Virus genome (UHGV): UHGV-0093041
Strand: one strand, 5' to 3'
DNA from: a virus
DNA: 13,160 nucleotides
The notes below the pieces were generated by a model, which saw only the letters and a program-made list of their open reading frames with translations, did no database searches and had not been told where the DNA came from. The translations under genes and the position numbers were made by a program. This document shows positions 1-8,205 of the stretch, piece by piece. Each line of letters begins with the position of its first letter. Within the stretch, counting starts at the first letter, position 1.

Positions 1-499
1 CTCCATATCCCTCAACCGGAAAATAATAATACAAAAATGCTTAGCCCAACTAATAATCACCTAATCCAAACGCCTCATTCATGTTCTGGTACTGTCGCTC
101 AAATGTACTCCGGATACGCGGTTCGCTGATTTCCAGGACATTGTCGTCATTCAGCGACTTGTCCCGTGTATCACGGGCCTGCGAATTCATCAAGGAACGC
201 ATTGCAGAGTGAAGTATCGAGTCACGCCATATTTCGCTATCAGGATTCTGTATGATGGTTACATCGCCCGGCCCAGGACTGTTTAGTCATCAGCGCTTTC
301 TGACAGTGCTGAGATTTCAACCTGTTGCAGTAAAAATGAGTAGATATAGGGCAAGTGTGCTGCCAAACCCATCTTTTACGGGGTGAAGGTAGATATTGTT
401 AGAAGGGTATCTGGTGTCCCCTGCAGACATCTACTTGAAGCGGCAGGGGATTGATTGGAATGGTGTTTTCTAGATGTGAAAAATATTTTACCCGCTATT

Positions 500-700
500 T
501 TACCCATTGGCGCGGCTTAAGAGCTTATTTTTGAATTCACAATGGTCACGATATAACCATCTTGCTCGCCCGTGGATAACTTTGGCTTTAGGCAGGTCCC
601 CGGACTTAATCCGGTCATAGATGAAGGTTTTACCAAAGCCAGTATCAGCCATGATGAATTTCAAATCAACCAGTGAATCAGGCTGTAGTTCGTGTTGCAT
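500..700 (-). CDS. AlpA/Xis-like helix-turn-helix protein (excisionase or small regulator), 66 aa from ATG at 700; the tabulated ORF starts at a TTG at 715
   Basis: Minus-strand ORF with core LVDLKFIMADTGFGKTFIYDRIKSGDLPKAKVIHGRARW, which fits the AlpA/excisionase HTH pattern. GGAGA Shine-Dalgarno 8 nt before ATG 700. Sits at the leftmost end of the leftward operon where lambdoid phages place xis. Confidence 0.6.
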   Translation of the reverse strand: MQHELQPDSLVDLKFIMADTGFGKTFIYDRIKSGDLPKAKVIHGRARWLYRDHCEFKNKLLSRANG

Positions 701-742
701 GAGTGCTATCTCCAAATAGGGAATCGAACCTGCAAATCAGGC

Positions 743-766
743 AATAAAAAACCGCCATCAGGCGGC
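743..766 (-). terminator. Rho-independent terminator (minus strand): CCGCC/GGCGG stem 752-765 followed by U6 on the minus-strand RNA
   Basis: Plus strand reads aaaaaaccgccatcaggcggc; the minus-strand RNA forms a GC-rich hairpin followed by UUUUUUAU. The stop codon of the upstream small ORF lies in the loop. Confidence 0.5.
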
Positions 767-925
767 TTGGTGTTCTTTCAGTTCTTCAATTCGAATATTG
801 GTTACGTCTGCATGTGCTATCTGCGCCCATATCATCCAGTGGTCATAGCAGTCATTGATGTTCTCTGCTTCGATAACTCTGTTGAATGGTTCTCCATTCC
901 ATTCACCTGTGACTCGGAAGTGCAT
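758..925 (-). CDS. Hypothetical small protein, 55 aa (MHFRVTGEWNGEPFNRVIEAENINDCYDHWMIWAQIAHADVTNIRIEELKEHQAA)
   Basis: Not in the supplied ORF track (under 60 aa). GGAGA Shine-Dalgarno 6 nt before ATG at 925; ends in the intrinsic terminator hairpin. Confidence 0.5.
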   Translation of the reverse strand: MHFRVTGEWNGEPFNRVIEAENINDCYDHWMIWAQIAHADVTNIRIEELKEHQAA

Positions 926-997
926 TTATCATCTCCATAAAACAAAACCCGCCGTAGCGAGTTCAGATAAAAGAAATCCCCGCGAATGCGAGGATTG

Positions 998-1282
998 TTA
1001 TTCATTGCTGATATTCACCTTTATCGCGAACACCTTTACCGGTTTATCGCCGAAGTGCGGATGTGTGATTGTCTTGATTTCATACCCTTCATACGGGACG
1101 TCTATTCTGCGACTGGAATCGTCACGCTTCGGATATCCCTTTGTGATAATCAGGCGGTCATACTCGCGGAACATAATTCGCTTATTCCAGTAGTCATTAC
1201 ACAGGCGATACTCTTCCGTTTTCTCTCCGCGAATCATGGCATCGAAGTATTCACCTTTAACGGCAAGTTGCAGGTTAGCCAC
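998..1282 (-). CDS. ASCH-domain-like protein, 94 aa from GTG at 1282
   Basis: Contains IRGEKTEEYR, which fits the ASCH GxKxxExR signature. GGAGG Shine-Dalgarno 6 nt upstream of the GTG; the GTG overlaps the upstream gene stop (GTGGCTAA). The tabulated ORF start at 1354 would overlap the upstream gene by about 80 nt. Confidence 0.55.
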   Translation of the reverse strand: MANLQLAVKGEYFDAMIRGEKTEEYRLCNDYWNKRIMFREYDRLIITKGYPKRDDSSRRIDVPYEGYEIKTITHPHFGDKPVKVFAIKVNISNE

Positions 1283-1967
1283 GGTTAACCTCCAGTTGTG
1301 GTGCTGCCTCAAGAGCAGCCCTGTAACCAGCAGCATGACCGCGAAAGTTAGCAATCTCTGATAGCCACGCTTTAATCATGGCCTGAGTTGGTTCCTTCGG
1401 CACCATAACCCAACCATCCGGAGTTACCGGAGAGTTGCCCGACAGCTTGTTCAACTTGTAAGTCTGGCTTACAGGTTTGGCACCATGAAGCATGGCGGCA
1501 CGACAGGCGTTCCAGCCTCTCACCTCTGCAATAGCTGCAACCGCATCAACCGCATACATGCTAAGAGGGTTCGGCATTGGTTTTTCTTCCGGTACTACTG
1601 GCGATGGCTGTTTAGCTTCTAAATCAGCAATTCTGTCAACTACGGCATCTACTGCATCTGAAAAACTGAAACAGTTACTCCATTCCGGCCTGTTCCCGGT
1701 TGCTGCAAAATACATATCAGCTAAAGCATACTCAGCATGGTCACGCTCGTTGATGAGTTGCTCTTCGCTTTTCTCCAGTTCAGCAATACGCTTACTCCCA
1801 TCCGAGATAACGCCCTCGTAATACTCACGCTGCTCGTTGAGTTTTGATTCAAGTTCACCGAACTTACGGACAAGATATTCAGCGTTTGTTTCGTTAACCT
1901 TTAAATCTCGTGGGATGCATTTACCTTTCAGAAATCCATCCATCTCAATTAGTGTCATTTGTTTCAT
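1275..1967 (-). CDS. Hypothetical protein, 230 aa from first ATG at 1967 (tabulated ORF uses GTG at 1985); N-terminal region looks coiled-coil
   Basis: Long minus-strand ORF; ATG at 1967 overlaps the upstream gene stop as ATGA. No family recognised by eye. Confidence 0.65.
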   Translation of the reverse strand: MKQMTLIEMDGFLKGKCIPRDLKVNETNAEYLVRKFGELESKLNEQREYYEGVISDGSKRIAELEKSEEQLINERDHAEYALADMYFAATGNRPEWSNCFSFSDAVDAVVDRIADLEAKQPSPVVPEEKPMPNPLSMYAVDAVAAIAEVRGWNACRAAMLHGAKPVSQTYKLNKLSGNSPVTPDGWVMVPKEPTQAMIKAWLSEIANFRGHAAGYRAALEAAPQLEVNRG

Positions 1968-2128
1968 TTCTTCCCACTCCGCCACATCGCATTCAGATAT
2001 TTGTTTTGATTCACTGATGGAAAAGAATTTCTCTTAAGCAATTCCTCTCTCGATGGCATTGGCTTTACGCGTTGGCGAATAATCATTTCTGCCGGAAGAA
2101 TGCCGGGATTGTATGCAAGTCCTCTCAT
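1964..2128 (-). CDS. Hypothetical small protein, 54 aa ([54 protein letters not shown])
   Basis: GAGGAA Shine-Dalgarno 7 nt before ATG at 2128. An alternative ATG at 2146 overlaps the upstream stop. Stop overlaps the start of the next gene (ATGA). Confidence 0.45.
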   Translation of the reverse strand: MRGLAYNPGILPAEMIIRQRVKPMPSREELLKRNSFPSVNQNKYLNAMWRSGKK

Positions 2129-2138
2129 GGTAAATTCC

Positions 2139-2432
2139 TCAGTCATTACTGATAGCGCCATAGCGTGAGCGGTAATTACGCAGGCGTGGGTCAATTTCAG
2201 GGAAGTGGGTATATGTGGCTTTACGGAATGGTCGGATTGATGTCTGGTAAATTCGCTCGCGCTCTTCTTTCTCTGCAAGCCATATGCAGTGGCGAAATTC
2301 CTTTTCCTCTTTTGTTTCCTGCGGTAGCGACATTATCCGGTCGTAGTTTTTTCTGAATTTATCCAGCACCTCCGATACGGAATTGCCGGAACAGCGGCGT
2401 GGGTCATCCGCACCATACAGAGGCGCTGGCAT
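2139..2432 (-). CDS. Hypothetical protein, 97 aa
   Basis: ATG at 2432 preceded by AAGGA Shine-Dalgarno. Occupies the position distal to erf where P22-type phages carry abc (anti-RecBCD) genes; no similarity could be verified by eye. Confidence 0.55.
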   Translation of the reverse strand: MPAPLYGADDPRRCSGNSVSEVLDKFRKNYDRIMSLPQETKEEKEFRHCIWLAEKEERERIYQTSIRPFRKATYTHFPEIDPRLRNYRSRYGAISND

Positions 2433-2455
2433 AATGGAATCCTTATGTTGCTACT

Positions 2456-2839
2456 TTAGAAGGGAATTGAATCGTCGTATTCAGGATGATTTTGATGATT
2501 GCTACTTTGCTGCTGTTGGCTGTTTCCTGAAGTTGCAAATCCAATCTTTGCATTCAGTAATTCAAGAGTGATTGATTGACCATTTTGCCCCTGATAAACA
2601 TCAACCCTGATGTTTTCTCCGGTAATTTCTACAATGCCACCTTCAACAAGAACACTACGGTAGTAATCCGCTTGCGCTCCCGGCTTGGCAAATACAACGG
2701 CACTGTAGTTTGTCCATTCTTTCTTTTTTGTCTGGCGATCGTAATACTGAACGCCAGCACGGATGTTGAATCCGATATTTTCCCCGGCCTGAAACTCTCT
2801 TGCGGGCTTGTTTAGTCTTACAGTAATCGAATGTGCCAT
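2456..2839 (-). CDS. SSB-like single-stranded-DNA-binding protein, 127 aa from ATG at 2839
   Basis: C-terminus ...HPEYDDSIPF resembles the conserved acidic SSB tail (E. coli ...DFDDDIPF), preceded by a Gln-rich linker (SGNSQQQQSSNHQNH). Start overlaps the erf stop (TAATG). The tabulated ORF start at 2929 lies inside erf. Confidence 0.55.
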   Translation of the reverse strand: MAHSITVRLNKPAREFQAGENIGFNIRAGVQYYDRQTKKKEWTNYSAVVFAKPGAQADYYRSVLVEGGIVEITGENIRVDVYQGQNGQSITLELLNAKIGFATSGNSQQQQSSNHQNHPEYDDSIPF

Positions 2840-3444
2840 TAAGCAGCCGCTCCTTCTAATTCGTCTCGTCTGATGTTGTAAACGTCCTGCGCTTTGTGCT
2901 GCTCCGGTGTGCCTTCGAGCATCTTCCACGCTTTGGCGAACGCCTGTTTAAGCTCTTCTACGGTGTTTTTCTGCATTGCTGCGTCAGTGAATGCTTTTAG
3001 AACCTGTTCAGGTGTAGGTGATGGTTTTGATTGCTTTGCTGCTGCGTTCTGCTGATGTTTATGCTCGTCTGTATCTGCATCTTTCGCATCATCAATGCCG
3101 AACAAACCATTGAGGCAATACTTGCGTGCATAAGAGCTTGTAGCTCCCGTAACTTGTGCAGAATCCATTCCTTTCTTGATTTCTTCCTCTCGTGCAAGAG
3201 CGGTTGCCGTATGACTGTTTTCGCCATCGGTAATAGTTGCCGTGGCTTTCACGTAATACCGATCACCAATCAACACAACTTCATCGCTGATTGATAAAAA
3301 CAGACCATTCAGTAACGGCTTAACGCCTTCAAGAATATCTTCGCAGCTTCTGTATTTATATTTACCGAATGAGTTGTACTGATTTTTTGGCGCGTTCAGA
3401 TTCTCCTGAATAGCTGCCAGTCTTGCGTAAAATTCTTTGCTCAT
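2839..3444 (-). CDS. erf: Erf-family single-strand annealing recombinase (P22 Erf-like), 201 aa from ATG at 3444
   Basis: N-terminus MSKEFYARLAAIQENLNAPKNQYNSFGKYKYRSCEDILEGVKPLL... and internal ...TGATSSYARKYCLNGLFGIDD match the P22 Erf family as I recall it. The tabulated ORF start at 3474 is a TTG. Confidence 0.85.
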   Translation of the reverse strand: MSKEFYARLAAIQENLNAPKNQYNSFGKYKYRSCEDILEGVKPLLNGLFLSISDEVVLIGDRYYVKATATITDGENSHTATALAREEEIKKGMDSAQVTGATSSYARKYCLNGLFGIDDAKDADTDEHKHQQNAAAKQSKPSPTPEQVLKAFTDAAMQKNTVEELKQAFAKAWKMLEGTPEQHKAQDVYNIRRDELEGAAA

Positions 3445-3545
3445 ATGTTTGTTCTCAGAATGGACATGGCCCAAGGAAATAACGCTGATTTAATACTTCG
3501 ACTCGGGACAAATTAAGACATACCCGCATTCCTTCGCGGTCGCCA

Positions 3546-3704
3546 TTATGGCGATACCAGAGAGCTTTCTGCGTGTACATGCGTCTCTGTAACTTGCTCT
3601 CCTTCACTGTGGTTGCAAGTGACATGCATATCTCCTTCGTTACCGATTAATTCTTTCATCTGACGAATGAATTCTTCGTCTGACCAGTTATCTGTAAAAC
3701 TCAT
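3546..3704 (-). CDS. Small hypothetical protein, 52 aa, in the position of P22 arf
   Basis: Not in the ORF track. ATG at 3704 overlaps the Kil-like stop (ATGA). Protein MSFTDNWSDEEFIRQMKELIGNEGDMHVTCNHSEGEQVTETHVHAESSLVSP. Confidence 0.4.
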   Translation of the reverse strand: MSFTDNWSDEEFIRQMKELIGNEGDMHVTCNHSEGEQVTETHVHAESSLVSP

Positions 3705-3853
3705 TTCCTGCGATACCACGGAAGGTTGATAGCTGATTTCATCGCTTTATTTGCTTCAAGCCACATTTTGGAATCACCAATAAATCTGGCTATTACTGCT
3801 TTGTTTTGTGCTGCTCGAAGCATCTGGTGATTGATGGCTATTTCATTGCGCAT
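3701..3853 (-). CDS. kil: Kil-like small protein, 50 aa (MRNEIAINHQMLRAAQNKAVIARFIGDSKMWLEANKAMKSAINLPWYRRK)
   Basis: Not in the ORF track. GGAGG Shine-Dalgarno before ATG 3853. Lies between the cIII-like gene and the recombination genes as in lambda and P22. The FIGD-KM motif resembles Kil proteins from memory only. Confidence 0.45.
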   Translation of the reverse strand: MRNEIAINHQMLRAAQNKAVIARFIGDSKMWLEANKAMKSAINLPWYRRK

Positions 3854-3972
3854 AACGCCTCCAGTTGTTTCTTTGCTGCTCTGATTAATTGTTTAACTCG
3901 GCGTGATAATTCAGATTCGTGCGGGTAGAAAGCGGACATGACGCCGCTACCCGCGAGCTGAAAGTGCATCAT
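3838..3972 (-). CDS. cIII: cIII-like protein (FtsH inhibitor family), 44 aa (MMHFQLAGSGVMSAFYPHESELSRRVKQLIRAAKKQLEALCAMK)
   Basis: Not in the ORF track. AGGAG Shine-Dalgarno 6 nt before ATG. The segment PHESELSRRVKQLIRAAKKQL parallels lambda cIII PSESLLERITRKLRDGWKRL (amphipathic helix), and the position is between ea10 and kil. Confidence 0.6.
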   Translation of the reverse strand: MMHFQLAGSGVMSAFYPHESELSRRVKQLIRAAKKQLEALCAMK

Positions 3973-4047
3973 GGGTAACTCCTTATATTTGATTGCATAA
4001 CGAAAACGCCTCGAGTGAAGCGTTATTGGTATGCGGTAAAGCCGCGC

Positions 4048-4416
4048 TCAGGCGGCTTTGATAGTCATATCATCTGAATCAAATATTCCTGATGTATCGA
4101 TATCGGTAATTCTTATTCCTTCACTACCATCCATTGGAGGCCATCCTTCCTGACCATTTCCATCATCCCAGTCGAACTCACAAACAACACCATATGCATT
4201 TAAGTCTTTCGAAATTGCTATAAGCAGAGCATGTTGCGCCAGCATGATTAATACAGCATTTAATACAGCGCCGTGTTTATTGAGTCGGTATTCAGAGTCT
4301 GACCAGAAATTATTAATCTGGTGAAGTTTTTCCTCTGTCATTACGTCATGGTCGATTTCAATTTCTATTGATGCTTTCCAGTCGTAATCAATGATGTATT
4401 TTTTGATGTTTGACAT
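4048..4416 (-). CDS. ea10: Ea10-like protein, 122 aa
   Basis: Tabulated ORF; the sequence MSNIKKYIIDYDWKASIEIEIDHDVMTEEKLHQINNFWSDSEY... matches lambda Ea10 from memory, in the lambda-like position between cIII and the N-proximal accessory region. Confidence 0.8.
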   Translation of the reverse strand: MSNIKKYIIDYDWKASIEIEIDHDVMTEEKLHQINNFWSDSEYRLNKHGAVLNAVLIMLAQHALLIAISKDLNAYGVVCEFDWDDGNGQEGWPPMDGSEGIRITDIDTSGIFDSDDMTIKAA

Positions 4417-4433
4417 CTATTCATATCCTCATA

Positions 4434-4462
4434 GATAAAAAATCGCCCTCACATTGGAGGGC
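4434..4462 (-). terminator. Rho-independent terminator (minus strand) immediately upstream of ea10; may correspond to a lambda tL2-type terminator
   Basis: Stem GCCCTC (4445-4450) / GAGGGC (4457-4462) with a 6-nt loop; the minus-strand RNA continues GAUUUUUUAUCUAU. Confidence 0.45.
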
Positions 4463-4580
4463 AAAGAAGATTTCCAATAATCAGAACAAGTCGGCTCCTG
4501 TTTAGTTACGAGCGACATTGCTCCGTGTATTCACTCGTTGGAATGAATACACAGTGCAGTGTTTATTCTCTTGTTTATGC

Positions 4581-4605
4581 CAAAAATAAAGGCCGAATAT
4601 TCGGC
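4581..4605 (-). terminator. Rho-independent terminator (minus strand) downstream of the PAPS-reductase-like cassette
   Basis: Perfect palindrome GCCGAATATTCGGC (4592-4605); the minus-strand RNA continues UUUAUUUUU (plus-strand A-run 4582-4590). Confidence 0.45.
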
Positions 4606-4742
4606 TTCATTCCTCAAACTTAATCTCTGCTATTTCCCGGTCACCATCGCAAAACAGGTAAGATTCAGGGAACTGGTTTATAAATGAAATTATTCTTTCA
4701 ATTTTAATTAGCGAATATTTCTGCTCTAATGGGTTATGCGGC

Positions 4743-5600
4743 TTAAACGAAGCACAGTCCAGAATCGCAGAATTGTATAAGATCCATTTGTGCATTTTTA
4801 CCACCACTAGGTGTTAGTGGTGCCTCAGATAGTGGAACACCATATTTAGTAAGCCACAAATGAGGCCACTTCATTTGTATCTCTTTTTCATGCTGACATG
4901 CTCTTTCAAAATCAGATGGGACGTTATTTTTCATATAAAGCCACAGATCATCATCTCTGTTAGGGCACATCCAGCAAAGCGAGGCAGGTGGTGTAGGAAG
5001 ACCATAATCCTCGACACATTGAATTGCCATCTGTTTAGTCATTAGCATTTCAATAAGTGGATAGCGCCTCTGCCACTTGCCAGTTGGGTATTTCGCTCTT
5101 CGTTTAGCCTCTTCAATGCTTATCCCCATCCAACTATCCACTCCTCTTGCTGTAAGATACTTCTCTCCATATCTTTCATTTAAAAATCTCTGAATAACTT
5201 CAGTTTTCCACTTTATAGAACAAAATGCTGGTTGCTTTCCAGCGCACATTCCTTTTGAATCCCTTCCCTCGTATTCTGTGAAATATCCAGGTAGAGGAAC
5301 GTCTGGATCAGGCCCATCAATGTCGTAGGTAGCAAATCTACTTTTAGGAACAATCAGGTAATCAACACCCATATCTTCACAAATAGGAGCTATATATTTT
5401 TTCTGATATTCAAATACATTACTTGCCTCACGTTCTGTATCTGACATAACGATAATGTCAGGCTTTGGAAGAACGCCAGCATGTACTAAGCAGATTATTG
5501 CGTTACTTTGAGTACCACCACCGGAAGAAATAACATTTAGTCTTTCTGGATTATGCTTGAATTCTCTTCTTGGTATGAATTTACTTGTAAATCCTGGCAT
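4743..5600 (-). CDS. PAPS-reductase-family (PP-loop ATP pyrophosphatase) protein, 285 aa
   Basis: N-terminal region VISSGGGTQSNAIICLVHAGVLPKPDIIVMSDTEREASNVFEYQKKYI aligns by eye with the CysH PP-loop region [42 protein letters not shown]. C-terminal cysteines (CWMCPNRDD, CQHE, FCDSGLC) could bind a metal or Fe-S cluster. AGGAGA Shine-Dalgarno before ATG 5600. Confidence 0.75.
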   Translation of the reverse strand: MPGFTSKFIPRREFKHNPERLNVISSGGGTQSNAIICLVHAGVLPKPDIIVMSDTEREASNVFEYQKKYIAPICEDMGVDYLIVPKSRFATYDIDGPDPDVPLPGYFTEYEGRDSKGMCAGKQPAFCSIKWKTEVIQRFLNERYGEKYLTARGVDSWMGISIEEAKRRAKYPTGKWQRRYPLIEMLMTKQMAIQCVEDYGLPTPPASLCWMCPNRDDDLWLYMKNNVPSDFERACQHEKEIQMKWPHLWLTKYGVPLSEAPLTPSGGKNAQMDLIQFCDSGLCFV

Positions 5601-5601
5601 G

Positions 5602-5733
5602 TTATCTCCTTGTCTTTACAATTTGATAATCCTGACCTGTTTGTTTAGCGTATTGCTCAGCCTGTTCTTTTGTTTTGAAAGAGTTTCCGCAAACCCATCT
5701 ACCGCAACTTCTGTATTGAATTTGGTAGCTCAT
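5602..5733 (-). CDS. Small hypothetical protein, 43 aa (MSYQIQYRSCGRWVCGNSFKTKEQAEQYAKQTGQDYQIVKTRR)
   Basis: Not in the ORF track. GAGGGG Shine-Dalgarno before ATG 5733, 3 nt after the N stop; its stop is 1 nt before the PAPS-reductase-like start. This makes a tightly packed N - orf43 - PAPS-reductase-like operon. Confidence 0.45.
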   Translation of the reverse strand: MSYQIQYRSCGRWVCGNSFKTKEQAEQYAKQTGQDYQIVKTRR

Positions 5734-5736
5734 ATC

Positions 5737-6069
5737 TCACCCCTCATACAGTGGTTTGCTGCCTAATTTCATTTTCTGGCGACCAACACAAGTCACACCC
5801 ATTTCACTGCGTGGCTTGCTGTACCATGTGCGCTGATTCTTGCGCTCAATACGTTGCAGGTTGCTTTCAATCTGTTCGTGGTATTCAGCCAGCACCGTAA
5901 GGTCTATCGGATTCAGTGCGCTTTCTACTCGTGATTTCGGTTTGCGATTCAGCGAGAGAATAGGGCGGTTAACTGGTTTTGCGCTTACCCCAACCAACAG
6001 GGGATTTGCTGCTTTCCATTGAGCCTGTTTCTCTGCGCGACGTTCGCGGCGGCGTGTTTGTGCATCCAT
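5737..6069 (-). CDS. N: Antitermination protein N (lambda N-like), 110 aa from ATG at 6069
   Basis: MDAQTRRRERRAEKQAQWKAANPLLVGVSAKPVNRPILSLNRKPKSRVESALNPIDLTVLAEYH... matches lambda N, including the Arg-rich boxB-binding motif. The tabulated ORF has a spurious 26-aa N-terminal extension. Confidence 0.9.
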   Translation of the reverse strand: MDAQTRRRERRAEKQAQWKAANPLLVGVSAKPVNRPILSLNRKPKSRVESALNPIDLTVLAEYHEQIESNLQRIERKNQRTWYSKPRSEMGVTCVGRQKMKLGSKPLYEG

Positions 6070-6227
6070 CTGGATTCTCCTGTCAGTTAGCTTTGGTGGT
6101 GTGTGGGAGTCGTAGTCCTGAACGAAAACACCCCGCGATTGGCGCATTGGCAGCTAATCCGGATTCGCACTTCCGGCCAATGCTTCGTTTCGTATCACAC
6201 ACCCCAAAGCCTTCTGCTTTGAATGCT

Positions 6228-6258
6228 GCCCTTCTTCAGGGCTTAATTTTTAAGAGCG
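6228..6258 (-). promoter_or_regulatory. nutL: nutL site: boxA (6250-6258) and boxB hairpin (6228-6242)
   Basis: Minus strand reads CGCTCTTAAAAATTAAGCCCTGAAGAAGGGCAGC, which is the lambda nutL boxA plus the GCCCTGAAGAAGGGC boxB stem-loop. Confidence 0.8.
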
Positions 6259-6302
6259 TCACCTTCATGGTGGTCAGTGCGTCCTGCTGATGGCTTAAAA
6301 TT

Positions 6303-6370
6303 ACAAGAAAGATTGTATGCTGTAAACAAGAAATATTGTAAAAATGGGCGTGAAAAACAAACTCCATTGT
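6303..6370 (-). promoter_or_regulatory. OL operator cluster and PL promoter region: three 14-bp 434-type operators at 6303-6316, 6326-6339 and 6357-6370
   Basis: ACAAGAAAGATTGT, ACAAGAAATATTGT and ACAAACTCCATTGT all fit the 434 operator pattern ACAA-N6-TTGT. TACAAT-like -10 elements are interleaved on the minus strand. The exact PL -35/-10 assignment is uncertain. Confidence 0.7.
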
Positions 6371-6420
6371 TTTTAAACGGAAAATAGTTTGTTTTTTGGT
6401 TGTCGAAATCGAGGTGAGGA

Positions 6421-7773
<1,353 letters not shown>

Positions 7774-7781
7774 GACATTCC

Positions 7782-7813
7782 CGCTCTTACACATCCCAGC
7801 CCTGAAAAAGGGC
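7782..7813 (+). promoter_or_regulatory. nutR: nutR site: boxA CGCTCTTAC (7782-7790) and boxB GCCCTGAAAAAGGGC (7799-7813); a rho-dependent tR1 is expected just downstream
   Basis: Sequence matches lambda nutR boxA/boxB. The following leader up to the cII ATG also looks lambda-like, so tR1 is inferred by position only. Confidence 0.8.
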
Positions 7814-7892
7814 ATCAAATTAAACCACACCTATGGTGTATGCATTTATTTGCATACATTCAATCAATTGTTATCTAAGGAAATACTTACAT

Positions 7893-8171
7893 ATGCAACT
7901 TACAAGTACTCGCAAGAAAGCGAATGCAATTACAAGCAACATCCTGAATCGAATTGCTGTACGTGGTCAGCGAAAGGTTGCTGACGCGTTAGGAATTAAT
8001 GAATCGCAAATTTCGCGATGGAAAGACAGCTTCATCCCAAAAATGGGAATGCTTCTGGCTGTTCTTGAATGGGGTGTTGAAGACGAGGAGTTGGCGGAAC
8101 TGGCTAAGAAAGTAGCCAGAATGCTGACAAAAGAAAAAGCCCCGAAGAACGGCGAATTCTTCGAGGCCTGA
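7893..8171 (+). CDS. cII: cII-like transcriptional activator, 92 aa from ATG at 7893
   Basis: ...ALGINESQISRWKDSFIPKMGMLLAVLEWGVEDEELAELAKKVA parallels lambda cII ...AVGVDKSQISRWKRDWIPKFSMLLAVLEWGVVDDDMARLARQVA. AAGGA Shine-Dalgarno before the ATG. The N-terminus differs from lambda cII, so a mosaic junction sits at the start codon. Confidence 0.8.
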   Translation: MQLTSTRKKANAITSNILNRIAVRGQRKVADALGINESQISRWKDSFIPKMGMLLAVLEWGVEDEELAELAKKVARMLTKEKAPKNGEFFEA

Positions 8172-8205
8172 TGTAGAAAGACTGGATCAATCCACAGGAG
8201 TAATT

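Noticed and set aside
418-449. Inverted repeat CCCCTGC ... GCAGGGG (7-bp stem, 18-nt loop)
   Set aside because: Long loop and no adjacent U-tract on either strand; not convincing as a terminator or protein-binding site.
717-729. GGAATCGAACC motif (reverse complement GGTTCGATTCC) resembling a tRNA T-arm, suggesting a tRNA-derived att site
   Set aside because: Flanking sequence does not complete a T-stem or acceptor stem, and the motif lies upstream of the xis-like gene rather than at a prophage end; likely coincidental.
692-1821. Plus-strand ORFs 692-940, 855-1193, 986-1288 and 1492-1821 from the six-frame track
   Set aside because: They run antisense to well-supported, tightly packed minus-strand genes, lack convincing ribosome-binding sites and have low-complexity or odd composition; most likely shadow ORFs.
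4607-4807. 66-aa minus-strand ORF overlapping the 3' end of the PAPS-reductase-like gene
   Set aside because: Overlaps the larger gene by more than 50 nt in another frame, its first codon is GTG, and the first ATG (4795) has a weak Shine-Dalgarno. Probably spurious, although it ends exactly at the terminator hairpin.
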